NCBI RefSeq assembly: GCF_902713615.1
Contig: NC_052154.1
Span: 178,173,873 to 178,237,872, forward strand
DNA: 64,000 nt
Source: Scyliorhinus canicula
Lineage: Eukaryota
Reading direction: 5' to 3'
This document shows positions 46,901 to 59,663 of this stretch, piece after piece (within the stretch, counting starts at the first letter, position 1; each line of letters starts with the position of its first letter). The position numbers were made by a program, and so were the translations under genes. The notes under the pieces were generated by a model. The model saw nothing but the letters and a program-made list of their open reading frames with translations, made no database searches and was not told the origin of the DNA.

Positions 46901-47582
46901 GTCCTGCGCAAATGAAACAAATCATCATGAATAACAGAAGCTGAACGATATCGACTTTAATCTTCCAGAGATATCCATCACATATTGAGCTTTGTGAAGA
47001 CCATAGAGTCATGAAATGTTGCTGAGTGTACTTGAGAGATACTGGTCTGTAATTATAGCTTTGTTGACCAGTTTAAGATCGACGCCAAGTCTAAGTTTGT
47101 CATTTTATTGTCATGCAATGACTATGTTTGAAATCCACAGCGGAGTCGATTTCCTCAATGCTTCTTGTCATTTTAACTCTTGTTTTTTTCAAATTTTGTT
47201 GCAACAAGTGATGGTTAATTAAGGATTAATTAAGTAATCCTTTAATTACTCGTCACTTTACTCTGAAGAAAGGTGAGAGAAGGTAACCAAGGAATTGTAG
47301 ACCAGTTAGCCTAGCATCTGTTCTCTGGAAATTACTTGGGGCTATAATTAAGGACAGAGTGGCTGAGAATTCAGAAATGCTCTGAGTGTTTTGAGAGAGA
47401 ATCTTGAAATGTTGCAGACCTGACCTAATGTCTTGCGGTTCACTGGAGAAATGATGGTTGCAATTATCTAGTGAAACATTCACGACTTGGGATTTTGCGA
47501 ACTTGGCCCAATCACGGTGCAATTTAGCCCTTTGACTTAATATCTGCCTTGATCCTTCAAAACAGTAGACAAGAGCTAAATT

Positions 47583-47715
47583 AAAGCAAATTCATGCGGA
47601 TGCTGGAATCTGAAACAAAAACAGAAAATGCTGGACAATCTCTGCAGGCCTGACAGCCTCTGTGGAGAGAGAAGGGAGCTAACCTTTCAAGTCTGGATGA
47701 CTCTTTGTCGAAGCT
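47583..47715 (-). mobile_element. Penelope-like fragment with degenerate hammerhead
   Basis: Minus strand: agct-TCGACAA-a-gagtc atcca gactt-GAAA-ggtt-agct. Confidence 0.55.
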
Positions 47716-48434
47716 TCAAGGCACAATCGGGTTTGAGTTTCAGCCATTTGCATCTCCTTATGATAGAATGGGTTCTCATTACACCTATCCAGTGCAATTT
47801 CATTCTGTAGCCAAGAAGGATGAAGGGCCATTGGGAACTAATAGCAACCATGACATCCACAGGAAAGATATGCAGAATTTTAATGTCTTCTCAATGGAAA
47901 GTCCTAAAAAGTTGTTTGCATTATAATGTCCTCTGAAGACAAGCAGGCTAACTTCCAGCCTTATGCAGTTTCATGCACACTGGCTGATGAGCAGGGAGGA
48001 CACCTGTCCTTTCAGCTCCATCTTGTTTTAAGGTAGACTGTCCAATCTCTATTTTGTATTCAAAAATAAGTGTTAATTATCCATGAATCTATGGGTATAG
48101 CTGTATGATGTGACTGTAGCACCAGGCTAACTGCCCCTTCAGAGAGCCAGCACAGATATAATCGATCAAATGGCCTCCTTCTGTGCTGTAACCACACTAT
48201 GCTTCTATAATACATGGGCCCCAACACTCCAGTAAAAACCTTGCAGAAACAAGCATGGGTATGACATGTTCAGGATTATCAATAACTCTGTGTGGCCAAG
48301 CATTGACTGAGCTACAAGTGCATCGATTCCACGGCCGTCTCTTCTTGAATCAGTCACAAGCTAACCAACCAGCACCAATGGAAAAAAGATCTAGATCCAT
48401 ATTTTGCAAGGGAAACCCATCCTTTAATTGCTCG

Positions 48435-49560
48435 TCACTTCACTCTGAAGAAAGGTGAGAGAAGGTAACCAAGGAATTGTAGACCAGTTAGCTTAGCATC
48501 TGTTCTCTGGAAATTACTTGGGGCTATAATTAAGGACAGAGTGGCTGAGAATTCAGAAATGCTCTGAGAGAATCAGTGCGGATTTACCAAGTCTGGGTCA
48601 TGCCTGACAAGCCTGGTTGAAATTTTAAGAGGTGACTAAAGCAGTGGAATAGGGTAGGTCTACAGACATTGGGTGGAATTTTATTATTGTTGCAACAAGT
48701 GATGGTTCAAGCGAGAAAACTGGCACACATTTCTCTCCAGATAACCCAGCACTTGCTGCAAAAGAAAATGGAAGCAGTGCATGACTGGGTGAGACCAGCA
48801 AAAGCCGGCAATGTTGGGACTCCTAAGATCGCCGGTATCGGAAAACAAAAAAGGACCAAGTTCCCGGGCATGCACAGGACACCCCTCCACATGCAAATGT
48901 GAATGGGACCATTCATGCCCTTGCCATGCCCCCTTCCCCAAAGGCATCCTGCCCAACCACCCCGCCCACTCCCCAACCTCGGCATTGATCGGGGAACCCC
49001 ACACCCTTGCAGCTCGCCAGTGGGGGCACCCCTGCCGCCCTCACGGGCACTGTCCCTCGTGGAAAACACGGGTGCAAAATCCCCCCATTATATATATGGT
49101 CTTCTGGGATGAAATCTCCCTTAAGAGACTGTTAACTGAAGTAGAAACTCATGAAACTGAGGGCAATTTATTGATTCCTGTTCAGGAAATGAATTGTGTG
49201 TCGGGTTAACGGGCAGGTGCGCTGATTGGTGGCTCTTCACTTGTTGTGCCCCACAGTGACTTGTGTGGTGGACTCAATTATTCACCATATTTATTAACCT
49301 CTTAGATAATGGATAGAGAATCGTATATAAATTGACTGATGAAACAAGCACAGGCAGCATAGTAAGCAGTACAGATGGAAGGATAAATTACAAAAAGATA
49401 CTGAGAAAGCGAATGGGCAAGACTTTGTCAAATAGATTTCAGTGTAGGCAGGTGTACGTTCATTCACTTTTACCTGAAAGAGCACACATAAGAGTGTAAA
49501 GCCAAAAGCAATGGTGGTCCAAAGAGATTAAAGAATCCATGTACACATTGTTGCTATTTA
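48435..49560 (+). mobile_element. Old CR1 fragment interrupted by a MITE
   Basis: NCRPVSLASV, GSCLTSLVE remnants; resumes after the ATT TSD. Confidence 0.65.
48671..49086. mobile_element. Older MITE, 3-bp TSD ATT
   Basis: gggtggaatttt / aaaatcccccc; ATT at 48668-48670 and 49087-49089. Confidence 0.75.
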
Positions 49561-50284
49561 TAAAGAGAATGATGACACAATATTCCACAGTTTAAATAGA
49601 AGTATTTTTAGTGTACAAGAGTCAACAAGGAAAACATTAAATAGCTATCTACACTCGAACATGCAGAATTAACTTGAGTTACCCATTATTAACAGACAAG
49701 TGGTGGCCAAATAGAAACTAATTCGAAAGTTAATGGCAGATAAAACTAAGATAGAGTTACTAATTGGCTCAGCAGTTCACAGAGAGTTTGGTGAACATAC
49801 TCACTCACAAAGTCCTTCAAAGCTCTGACCCCCTCATGAGGAATTTCAGTTTCTCTCTGACCATGAGCTCGTCCCCAGCTGACAAAAGTGCGCAATCAAC
49901 CCAGACTCCATGGGCATGGTCCTCACAACAAATGGCTGTTTTATCTTCAAGCAATGGAAATAGCTTTAGTAACATATTGTTTACTTATTCTCAGCTTATG
50001 GATCTTGCCTCTCCCTCTTGAGTTTTCTTCAGCTCGTCTGTTCTACTCCAGTGGACTCAACTACTACTGCCCGTTTTGGACTGATCTGTGCGCTTTTATG
50101 TCTTTCAACAAGGTTTCAGTTACAATTGCCCAAATTCACCCATCTCCTGATTTCCTAAGAGACTGGAAAATTCTGTTTCGTTTCTTGGTTTACCTTTTCT
50201 GATTCCCTTTAGTTTAATTTTCAGCTCAAGTTCTGTTTTGGCGTAGGTTTTGCCTCAAAAGCAAGCAAATTCAATTGACAAATG

Positions 50285-50626
50285 TAGATCAATGGAATTT
50301 ACCGGGCAGAACGAGGCCATTCGGCCCATCGGGTCTGCACCGGCCCTTGGAAAGAGCACCCTACCTAAGACCACACCTCCACTCTATCCCCGGAACCCAG
50401 TAACCCCACATAACCTTTTTTTGGACACTAAGGGCAATTTAGCATGGCCGGTTCACCTAACCTGCACATCTTTGGACTGTGGGAAGAAACCGGAGCACCC
50501 GGAGGAAAACCACACAGACCAGAGGAGAAAGTGCAAACTCCGCACAGACAGTGACCCAAGCCGGGAATCGAACCTGGGACTTTGGGGCAGTGAAGCAACT
50601 GTGCTAAACACTGTATTATCGTGCCT
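50285..50626 (-). mobile_element. HE1-like SINE
   Basis: Head, central domain and tail. Confidence 0.88.
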
Positions 50627-50689
50627 CCCACACATTTCCCTCACAGCAAGTCATCAAACTGTTATGGACAGGGTAGAAAAATAATCAAA

Positions 50690-51895
50690 AATCCAAATGG
50701 AATGCTGGACTGGAATTCAAATGATATAGGTGGCAATACATCTATTTAATGGCCTGGTTTAACCATACCTGGAGTATTCTTTTTCAATCTAAAAGGGGTA
50801 TGGTAGCATGTTGGTTATGTTACTGGACTGGTAATCCAAAGGGCTGGACTAATGTACCAGAAATGTGAGTTCAAATCCTAATCACAGCAGCTGGAAAATT
50901 TAAATTCAGTTAATTAAATCAATCTGAAACAGAAATAAAATAGGCTACAGCATCAAAAATGGTGACCATGAAACTACTTGACTGCTATATAAACCACAAG
51001 GCTCACTAATGTCCTTTGGGGAATGAAAACTGCCATCTTTATCTGGTTTAGCTCACATGGGACCCCATAACCAGAGCAATGTGGCTGACTCTTACCCGTC
51101 CTTTGAAAGGGGCTGGTTTAGCACAGGGCTAAATAGCTGGCTTTTAAAGCAGACCAAGGCAGGCCAGCAGCGCAAGTTCAATTCCCGTATCAGTCTCCTC
51201 GAACAGGTGCCGGAATGTGGCGACTAGGGGCTTTCCACAGTAACTTTATTTGAAGCCTACTTGTGACAATAAGCGATTTTCATTTCAAATGATCCAGACA
51301 TCTGCTCAATTGAAAAGAGAAGGGCAATAAATGCAGGCCTTCCCAACAACACTGGAATTGAATACAAATCCTGTCAATAAAGTTCTTAAAAAGTTCTGGG
51401 CCCCATAGCTAAGGACGGATAGTTAGTCTTGGAGGAAGCACTGTGCAAACTTATGAAAACGATACCTGGACACCAAGGGTTAAATTACAAAGAAAAATAA
51501 CACCAACTTGGGTTCCCTGGATTTAGAGTTTTACGGCGTGGTTTGAAGTTTTCAAAATAGTAAGAGGAATGAATCAGGTAGATAGAGAAGAACGATTAAG
51601 GCTGGTTGGGGAGTCTAGGACGAGGGTGCATAATTTAAAAATTAGAGCCAGACCTCTCAGAGGGGAAATTAGGAAATACGAAAAGGTTGAAAAAGGTTTG
51701 GGAGTTTCTTCCACGAATGGCAGCTAGGACAACTGTTAACTTTAAATCAGTGATGGATAGATGTTTGTAAACCAAAGGTATTAAGGGATGTTGGGCAAAG
51801 GTGAGCATATGAGGTTAGGTCACAGGTCAACCATGATCTCATTGAACAGTGGGACCGATTCCAGAGGCTAAATGGCCTCCTCCTGTTCCAATGAT
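50690..51895 (+). mobile_element. Old CR1 3' fragment with nested SINEs (older SINE at about 50795-51390 containing the short SINE 51109-51288)
   Basis: PYLEYS, RTRVHNLKIR remnants; tail ggcctcctcctgttcc. Confidence 0.65.
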
Positions 51896-51999
51896 GGAGT
51901 AGAGAGGTAAGGTGGAAAATGTGGCCAGCTATTTAGAGGCCCATTGACTTGCGCAGAAACAGGAAGATCCCACCTTGGGTTTTAAATGCAAAGATACTT

Positions 52000-52390
52000 G
52001 GAGATAGGAGCAGGCCTTTTGGCCCTTTGAGCCTGCTCCGCATTCATCACAATCATAACTGATCATCCAACTCAATAGCCTAACCCTGCTTTCTCCCCAT
52101 AGCCTTTGATCCCATTCTCCCCAAGTGCTATACCTAACCGCCTCTTGAATATGTTAAATGTTTTAGCATCAACTACTTCCTGTGGTAATGAGTTCCACAG
52201 GCTCACCACTCTTTGGGTGAAGAAACATCTCCATATATCTGTCTGAAATGGTTTACCCTGAATCCTCAGACTGTGACCCCTGGTTCTGGACACAGCCATC
52301 ATTGGTAACGTCTTCCTGCATCTACCCTGTTTAGTCCCGTTAGAATTTTATAGGTCTTTATGAGGTCCCCCTCTCATTCTTCTGAACTCA
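52000..52390 (-). mobile_element. CR1 3' fragment
   Basis: RTRGHSLRI...FFTQRVVSLWNSLP. Confidence 0.88.
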
Positions 52391-53464
52391 CAGCCATCCA
52401 ATAGCTTCATTCCCAGGACTAACGTTTTATTTCAGATTTATTCCGTTAACTGAATTTAATTTCCCAAACAGACATGATGAGATTATTAGGCCAACCCTCT
52501 TATTACGAGGTTCAAGTACAATAAATACCACCTCATCGTACATCTCAACCATGTTGGTAAAAAAAAAGGACTGGTCATAGCTGCACATTCTTATAATTGA
52601 AGTAGATATCAAAGGTAAAAAGACTTTTCTCACTTGAGAAACTGAGAGAAGGCGCAAGGCCGATGGCAGAGGCACCTCAAGGGTAGAAAGGACCAGATCA
52701 GTCAAGAAATAGTCGTTCATGTATTGAGGAATATTACAGTCACCTCTATACATACTTCTCCGGAACATTTTAGACTAACTGATAATGCTTCCCCTGTCAA
52801 ATTGCTGACCAACACTTGCTGTCAAGGTTTACGTGTGATAATTAGTTAGACAAGGTACTGGAGGCAAGTCGTGACCCAAAAACCTCGCCGCGCAAGATGT
52901 CAACAGATAAAGGCGATGATCAGTGAAAGTGAGAAAATGTTTCATCTCCCATTCTAATTCTATGCTGCAAACTGCAAATTATGTGCAGTCTACCCTTAAT
53001 TTAAAGTTTCCCTGTTCAAATTATAACAATTTTGAACAATAGATTCATACATTGTCTTGTTATCTTTGCTGCATTTAGTTCAAATCAATGAATGCCTCCA
53101 TTATGGTTTTTTTTCTAACGCTAATCTTGAGTAATCGAGAATGACTGTAATTCCACCATAAAATATTTGGAAAAATAGCCTCATGATGATAACATCAGAC
53201 CAGCAGCTTGGTGAGTGAAAAATACATTACATTAGAACATGCTCTGCAGCTCTCATCTGCACGATATCGGAATCAACATATTGAAACTTAAAGTATTCAA
53301 ACAGATTTATCCCCTCATCCACTACCTGACCATATACAGCGGAAACTAAAGATTATCCATTTATGATGTGGACTAGAGGGTAGGCCATACAAAAATAATC
53401 GTTATTAAATACGCATACTAGCAATTACTAGATCCAGTTATGGCCCCTGTCACGTCCCTCCTTT

Positions 53465-55760
53465 TCCCAAGTTCACCAGGCCAAACCTCCTCTTAGGTTC
53501 CACCTTGCAGTTGCATCTTCCTGCAATTTCCTTTCTCTCCTATCTCCCCTTGTGGTCACTCTGAGCTTATCTTGTCTGTCCTGCTCTCTCCACCCTATTC
53601 CCACAAAACTGCTGACCACCCAACTCCTTTTCCTGGCTGCTATATTAATTGATATTGTGAAATGATTTTGCTCCTCCAAAACAAATACTCTTGACCCCCT
53701 CCTTCCTTGCCAGTTACAGGCTCATCTCCTTTCTCTATCTGAATTCTTGAAGGTGTTGCCACTTCCCAAATCTGTGCCACCTTTCCTGGAACTCCATTCA
53801 TGGTTCCATTCTTGAATGGAATGTGGCGACTAGGGGCTTTTCACAGTAACTTCATTGAAGCCTACTTGTGACAATAAGCGATTCTTATTATTATCCCAAC
53901 CATAGTACGAAACAACCGATGCCAAAGGCACAAAAGACATCTCAAATGACTGAGGCAAAGGTAAACTGTCCCTCCTCACCCTTCACTACCTACCTGCAGC
54001 CTTTGACGCAGTTGACGACACCATTGTACTCCAACACCACAATACCATTGTGGTTGCTCCAACCCTGTTCCATTCTTACCTATTTAATCATTAGAATTTC
54101 CATCTCCATGTCATTACCTCTGGTGACCCCCAAGGATAAATCAGTGGCTCCCCCCCTATTTCTCTTCCACGTGCTACTCCTTTGAGACATTTTCAGAATG
54201 TTGCCACATTTACACTGATAACACCAAACTCTACCTCACTGCCACCTCTCTCGACCCCTCTACTGCCTCAACATTATTAGACTGTTTGCCTGACATCCAA
54301 CACTGGATAAGCAGAAATTTCCTCCAATTAAATATTGTGAAGACCAAAGTCGTTGTCTTGATTCTTTGGCAGAAGCTCCACTCCCAGCCATTGGTTTAAT
54401 CTGTTGCCCTGGCAACTGAGGTTGAACCAGGCAGTTTGCAATCTCAGTGTCAGATTTGATTCTGAGATGAGCTTCTGACCATATATCCATACCAACACAA
54501 AGATCTTCAATTTCTGTAAGATCATCTGACTCTGCCACTTCCCTAGTTCATCGGCTGCTGAAATCCTCATCCATTTCTTGAGAATTGACTATTCCAATAT
54601 ACTTCTGGCCAAACTCCAACATATTACCCTCAATAAACGCAAGGTCATTCAAAACTCTGCTGTCCACGTCCTTATTCTCACCAAGTTCCACTCACACATT
54701 TTGCTCACCTCTTGACATTGCAATCAGTCAAGCAATGTTTTCCTTCATTCTTTCAAGGGATGTGGACATTTCTAGTGATTGGATAGTGCTTGTTGCCCAT
54801 CCCTAATTGCCCTTGAACTGAGAAGCTTACTAAGGCACATCAAAGACCAGTTAAAAGTCAACCACATTGCTGTGGAGTCACATGTAGGCCTGACCATGTA
54901 AGGAATGCAGATTTCCTTCCTTAAAGATATCAGTGAACCAGCCAAGCTTTTACAAAATTCAGTAATAGTTGTCACGGTCACTGTTACTGAAGCTAATTTT
55001 ATATTCTAAATTTACCAATGGAATTGAATTGAAATCCACCGGTTGCCATAATGGGACTTGAACCCATGTTTCCAGAGCATTAGCCTATGCTTCAAGATTA
55101 CTAGCAAGTAAAAATAAAGGCACCATAGTCCCAGATGACCATAGGCTGCTTTCTCTTTTGAGGGGTAGAGATGGCTGGTGGTGATTGAGAAAGCCGGGAC
55201 TTAATGAATAACCTCAGCTGGAACGGGATTTGAACTTGTGCTGTTGGCCTTGATCTGCATCACAAACCAGCTGCCCAGCCAGCTGAGCTAAACCAGCCTA
55301 GTAAAGTGCCATTTCCACGAGACCACCATCTTCCTGCAATATTGTGGTTTTAAAATGATCATCCTTTGTTTCAAGTTCCCTCATTGTCCGCATGCCATCT
55401 CTCCTGCCTTCACCCCACCCCACCCCCCAATCTCTGTAATCTCCTCTAGTCAAACAATCCTCTGAGATTTCTGTGCTGCTTTAATTCCAGCCTCCATTGT
55501 ATCCCTGATGTTACTTGCTGCACCATTTGTGGCCATGCCCTCAGCTGCCAAGTCCCCGGGCTCTAAAATTCCATTCCTAAACCTCTTTCCTTCTTTAGGA
55601 TGCTTACTTTCTTAAGATGCTCCATTTAAAATGTAAGTCTTTGATCAGATTTTGGTCTTCAGCCCCAAATTTTCGTTTTGGGTTTCAGTGGTTTGTTTTT
55701 CTTCATAAACACCTTGGGGATGTTTCATTACATTACAGGCATTCAACAAACACAAATTAT
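53465..55760 (+). mobile_element. Highly degenerate L2-clade LINE, interrupted by SINEs
   Basis: AAFDAVD, SGDPQG, YTDNTKLYL, NFLQLNIVKTK remnants; L2-type tail accttgggatgtttcattacatta. Confidence 0.7.
55110..55297 (-). mobile_element. Short tRNA SINE, head type B with a different tail
   Basis: ggctggtttagctcag...gttcaaatccc head; tail gcagcctatggtcatctgggactatgg. Confidence 0.75.
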
Positions 55761-56059
55761 TATCACAGGCATCCAATGAAAATCTCACAGTAAATCAGAA
55801 ATTATAGCATTTGTGATTATTTGGAGGCACTATGTCAAATAAAACTCAATGGCTGGAATTCTTCGGCTGTTGCGATTCAGCTTTCCCGCCAGCAATGGGC
55901 AGTCCCGTTGCTAGGTGGCGGGAAGACAGGATTCCGCCAGCGAAGACCGCACCGCCAAGAAACACACGGCTGGGGAAACCAGGGAAATGTGTTATTAGTT
56001 AATGGAAGAAACACAACCCTTACTAAACATAGAAAGGCCTTCACTGCAAGGATATACCG

Positions 56060-56392
56060 TGGGCAGCACGGTAGCATAGTGGTTAGCACTGTGGCTTCAC
56101 AGCTCCAGAGTCCCAGGTTCGATTCGGTGCTGGGTTACTGTCTGTGCGAAGTCTGCACGTTCTCCCCGTGTGTGCGTGGGTTTCCTCCGGGTGCTCCGGT
56201 TTCCTACCACAGTCCAAAGATGTGCACGTTAGGTGGATTGGCCATGATAAATTTCCCTTAGTGTCCAAAAGGGTTAGGAAGGGTTATTGGGTTCCGGGGA
56301 TAGGGATAAGTGAGAGCTTAAGTGGGTTGGTGCAGACTCGATAGGCCAAATGGCCTCCTTCTGCACTGTAATGTTTTATGTTCTATGTTCTA
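56060..56392 (+). mobile_element. HE1-like SINE with (TTCTATG)n tail
   Basis: Tail repeat identical to that of the CR1 at 5123-7568. Confidence 0.9.
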
Positions 56393-56714
56393 TAATTTAC
56401 CCTCTCCTCTTACGATGTGAATGAATGTTAAGTTGTTTTGTTGTTCCACCTCTGCAAATATTCTCTTGTTGTTTTGCAATGAGATTTCCTTCCAAATTTG
56501 TCACTGCCAGCAGGTGTGGGTTTTCCACCCCAAATATCCCCTACCTTACCTTGAAACCATCTTATCGCTGTTCTTTCGGTCACTCAAGATCCAGCATGCT
56601 TGACTTTGACTAAGTAATTCCTCTTGGCTATGTTGCCAACATGACACCTCACAATCTCATTGATATCCCTGAACCTGAGGCCTGGTTGGTTGAATGTCGT
56701 CTTGTGTGGAGTGC

Positions 56715-57392
56715 CATAAGACCGTAAGACCATAAGACATAGAAGCAGAATTAGGCCACTCAGCCCATTGGGTCTGCTCCGCCATTCAATCATGGCTGAT
56801 ATTTTTCTCATCCCCATTCTACTGCCTTCTCCCTATACCCCCTGATCCCCTTATTAATCAAGAACCTATCCATCTCTCTCTTAAAGACACTCAGTGATTT
56901 GGCTTCCACAGCCTTCTGTGGCAAGATGTTCTACAGATTCACCACCCTCTGGCTGAAGAAATTCCTCCTCATCTCTGTCTTAAAGGATCGTCCCTTTTGT
57001 CTGAAATTGTGTCCTCTGGCTCTAGTTTTTCTTACTCGTGGAAACATCGTCTCCACGTCCACTATATCCAGGCCTTGCAGTATCCTGTAAGTTTCAATAA
57101 GATCCCCCCTCATCCTCTAAACTCCAATGAGTACAGACCCAGAGTCCTTAACTGTTCCCCATGCGACAAGCTCTTCATTCCAGGGATCATTCTTGTGAAC
57201 CTCCTCTGGACCCTTTCCAAGGCCAGCACATCCTTCCTCAGATACGGGCTCCAAAACTGCTCACAATACTCCAAACGGGGTCTGACCCGAGCTTTATACA
57301 GCCTCAGAAGTACATCACTAGCCCTCTCGCCATGAATGTAAACATTGCATTTGCCTTCCGAACTGCCGACTGAACCTGCACGTTAACCTTAA
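56715..57392 (-). mobile_element. CR1 3' fragment
   Basis: RGDLIETYRIL...FFSQRVVNL; (CATAAGAC)-type tail. Confidence 0.9.
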
Positions 57393-59321
57393 GATTGTCC
57401 CAAGCTGCTGTCTTACTCTGTACCGATATAATGAGTGAGCATCATCAGTCTGCAGACTGTACAGTTCATGTTGACATATTAGCAGCTGCGGTGGTTTGGA
57501 GTCTGAAGCCAGTTGAGGTTCTTAACTGTTGGACAATCTCCACCGAGGACTGATGGTTCCCTATCTAACAACGCCGATAGCTAGCTATTGATTGATGGAG
57601 AGTGGGGAAGAGAGAGAGAAAAAAGGAGGTGCAATCTGCATTGAGGCAATAAAAGTGCTAAAGAATTACACTTTGCACCTGTAAAAACAAGAGAAAATTC
57701 ATGCATAATTCCAGGTATAGTAGTTTAAAATTTTATAGTTTTTTTTGACTGGCTCAAGTTTTGCGAGAATCAATCAGCAGGCTTCACACATTTTGGAGAT
57801 TTGCTTTAATTATAGAGGTAGAATGAGCCTCCCTAATTTATGAAATAAACTGGACTCTCTTCGCCGCTTCCTGACACCACAAGAAGAACCATAGATCTTT
57901 GGATGTCAATTGGCTTCTTGTTCATTATTTTATGAAACAAAAGTACCTCGTTGGCACACACCGATATAAGTCAAGTCCTTGCTGATTGTAATTGAAGCGT
58001 ATGATAATCATCTGTAAAGGTGGTGACCGACGTTTGGAACTACCGTGATTAAGATCATTGAAATAAGTGCAGCAACAGAATTTTCATCGCAACTTGTTTA
58101 ATTGTCAGATTGGGTCCCTTTCGCACTCTGAAGTCAGAGCGCACTGTATTATTTTTCGGCCAGCTTATGTTACGTTAGTCAGCAGGGCGCAATGTAACCA
58201 GAAAAGACTTTATCGAAGAAATATTCCATCTTCTTTTCCCTACTTGCTAACAAACAAGAACATTTCTGCATGACCTTTGTCATCAGTGAAAATAGCTTTG
58301 ACGAAAACAATCATTAGCAACTAGGTCCGCGAATGGAATGAAAGGTGATCCTATCACTTGTACCACTGGGAGATATAACCTCATTGAAGATATTGAATTA
58401 TGCCAGACAAAAATAAGCTAAAAGAAAAGATAAGGATGGCACATTGTCTGGTCGCTTAAATTAATTTTCACAGGTGAGATTCTCAGTATGTATAAGAAAA
58501 AGTTGTTTCTTTCAGCATTAAAATGAAAAAAGCTTGTGCAGGATCAGCTTACTGAAATAGTCCAGGAGCATTAAATAAAATCACGTTTGATGTTCGTGAA
58601 ATCAGCATATCAAGGCCGTGGAAAAGCGATAGAGCAGCAGAAAAGAATGCAACTTTAAAGTGATTTGATATGACAACGAGACTTAAATGACAGGATGGTA
58701 TGGCCTTGCACAAAATCATACACTACGTCTGTCAGAAATGTTTTGCATTATGCTGAATGCAAGGTGCACAACAGGCCCCCCTGTGCAATGTCTGGAAGGA
58801 GGTAGCTGTCGGAATTCGATTAGCGGGTCTAATAGTGAAGTAATGAAAAATGAATTACTGGCCGGGTGAGGTGATTCATGTTTTGCTCTCACTGAACCAT
58901 GACCTTGAGGAATGGAGAAATTTGCATGAGAGAGATAATAGAAGTGTGCATTTTGAACAGACTGGTGCTTGTGATGTTGAATCTGATGTCTGAGGGCATC
59001 CTCTTCATTCTAAATGTTTGCACTTGAAATACAACCTTTCAAGACTGCAATAATTTTAATATCTGGCTTATCAACCAGGAAAGTGGAAATTAAAATTGCG
59101 TTAAAATATAAATGCAAAGAAAAATGCCAGTGCTAAATGGAGCAGGATTTAGATTAGTTCTGACTTCCTGAAATGCATTGCTTTGTTTTCTGTTAGCTAA
59201 TAAATGATGTGCCACCTATGAAGTATTCTCAACCTAATGCAGGCCCCCATTGAGTGATATCGGAGGAAACCAGTGGCAAAAACAGACACAAGTAACGTAA
59301 CCAGTTTGGTTTCAATTTTGC

Positions 59322-59663
59322 ATGGTGGCACAGTGGTTAACACTGCTGCCTCATAGCGCCAGGGACCCGGGTTCAATTCCGGCTTTGGATCACTGTCAGA
59401 GTGGAGTTTGCACATTCTTCCGTGCCTTCCTAGGTTCCCTCCGGATGCTCCAGTTTCCTCCCACAGTACAAAGATGTGCAGGTTAGGTGGATTGGCCATG
59501 CTAAATTGCCTCTAGTGCACCAGGATGTACAGGTTAAGTTATGGGGTTACGGGGATTGGGCGGGTGGATGGGGATGTGAACATGTGTAGGGTTTTCTTTC
59601 GAAGGTTCCGTGCAGACTCGATGGGCTGAATGGCCTCCTTCTGCACTGTTGGGGATTCTATGA
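59322..59663 (+). mobile_element. HE1-like SINE
   Basis: A/B boxes, central domain, gggattctatg tail. Confidence 0.88.
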
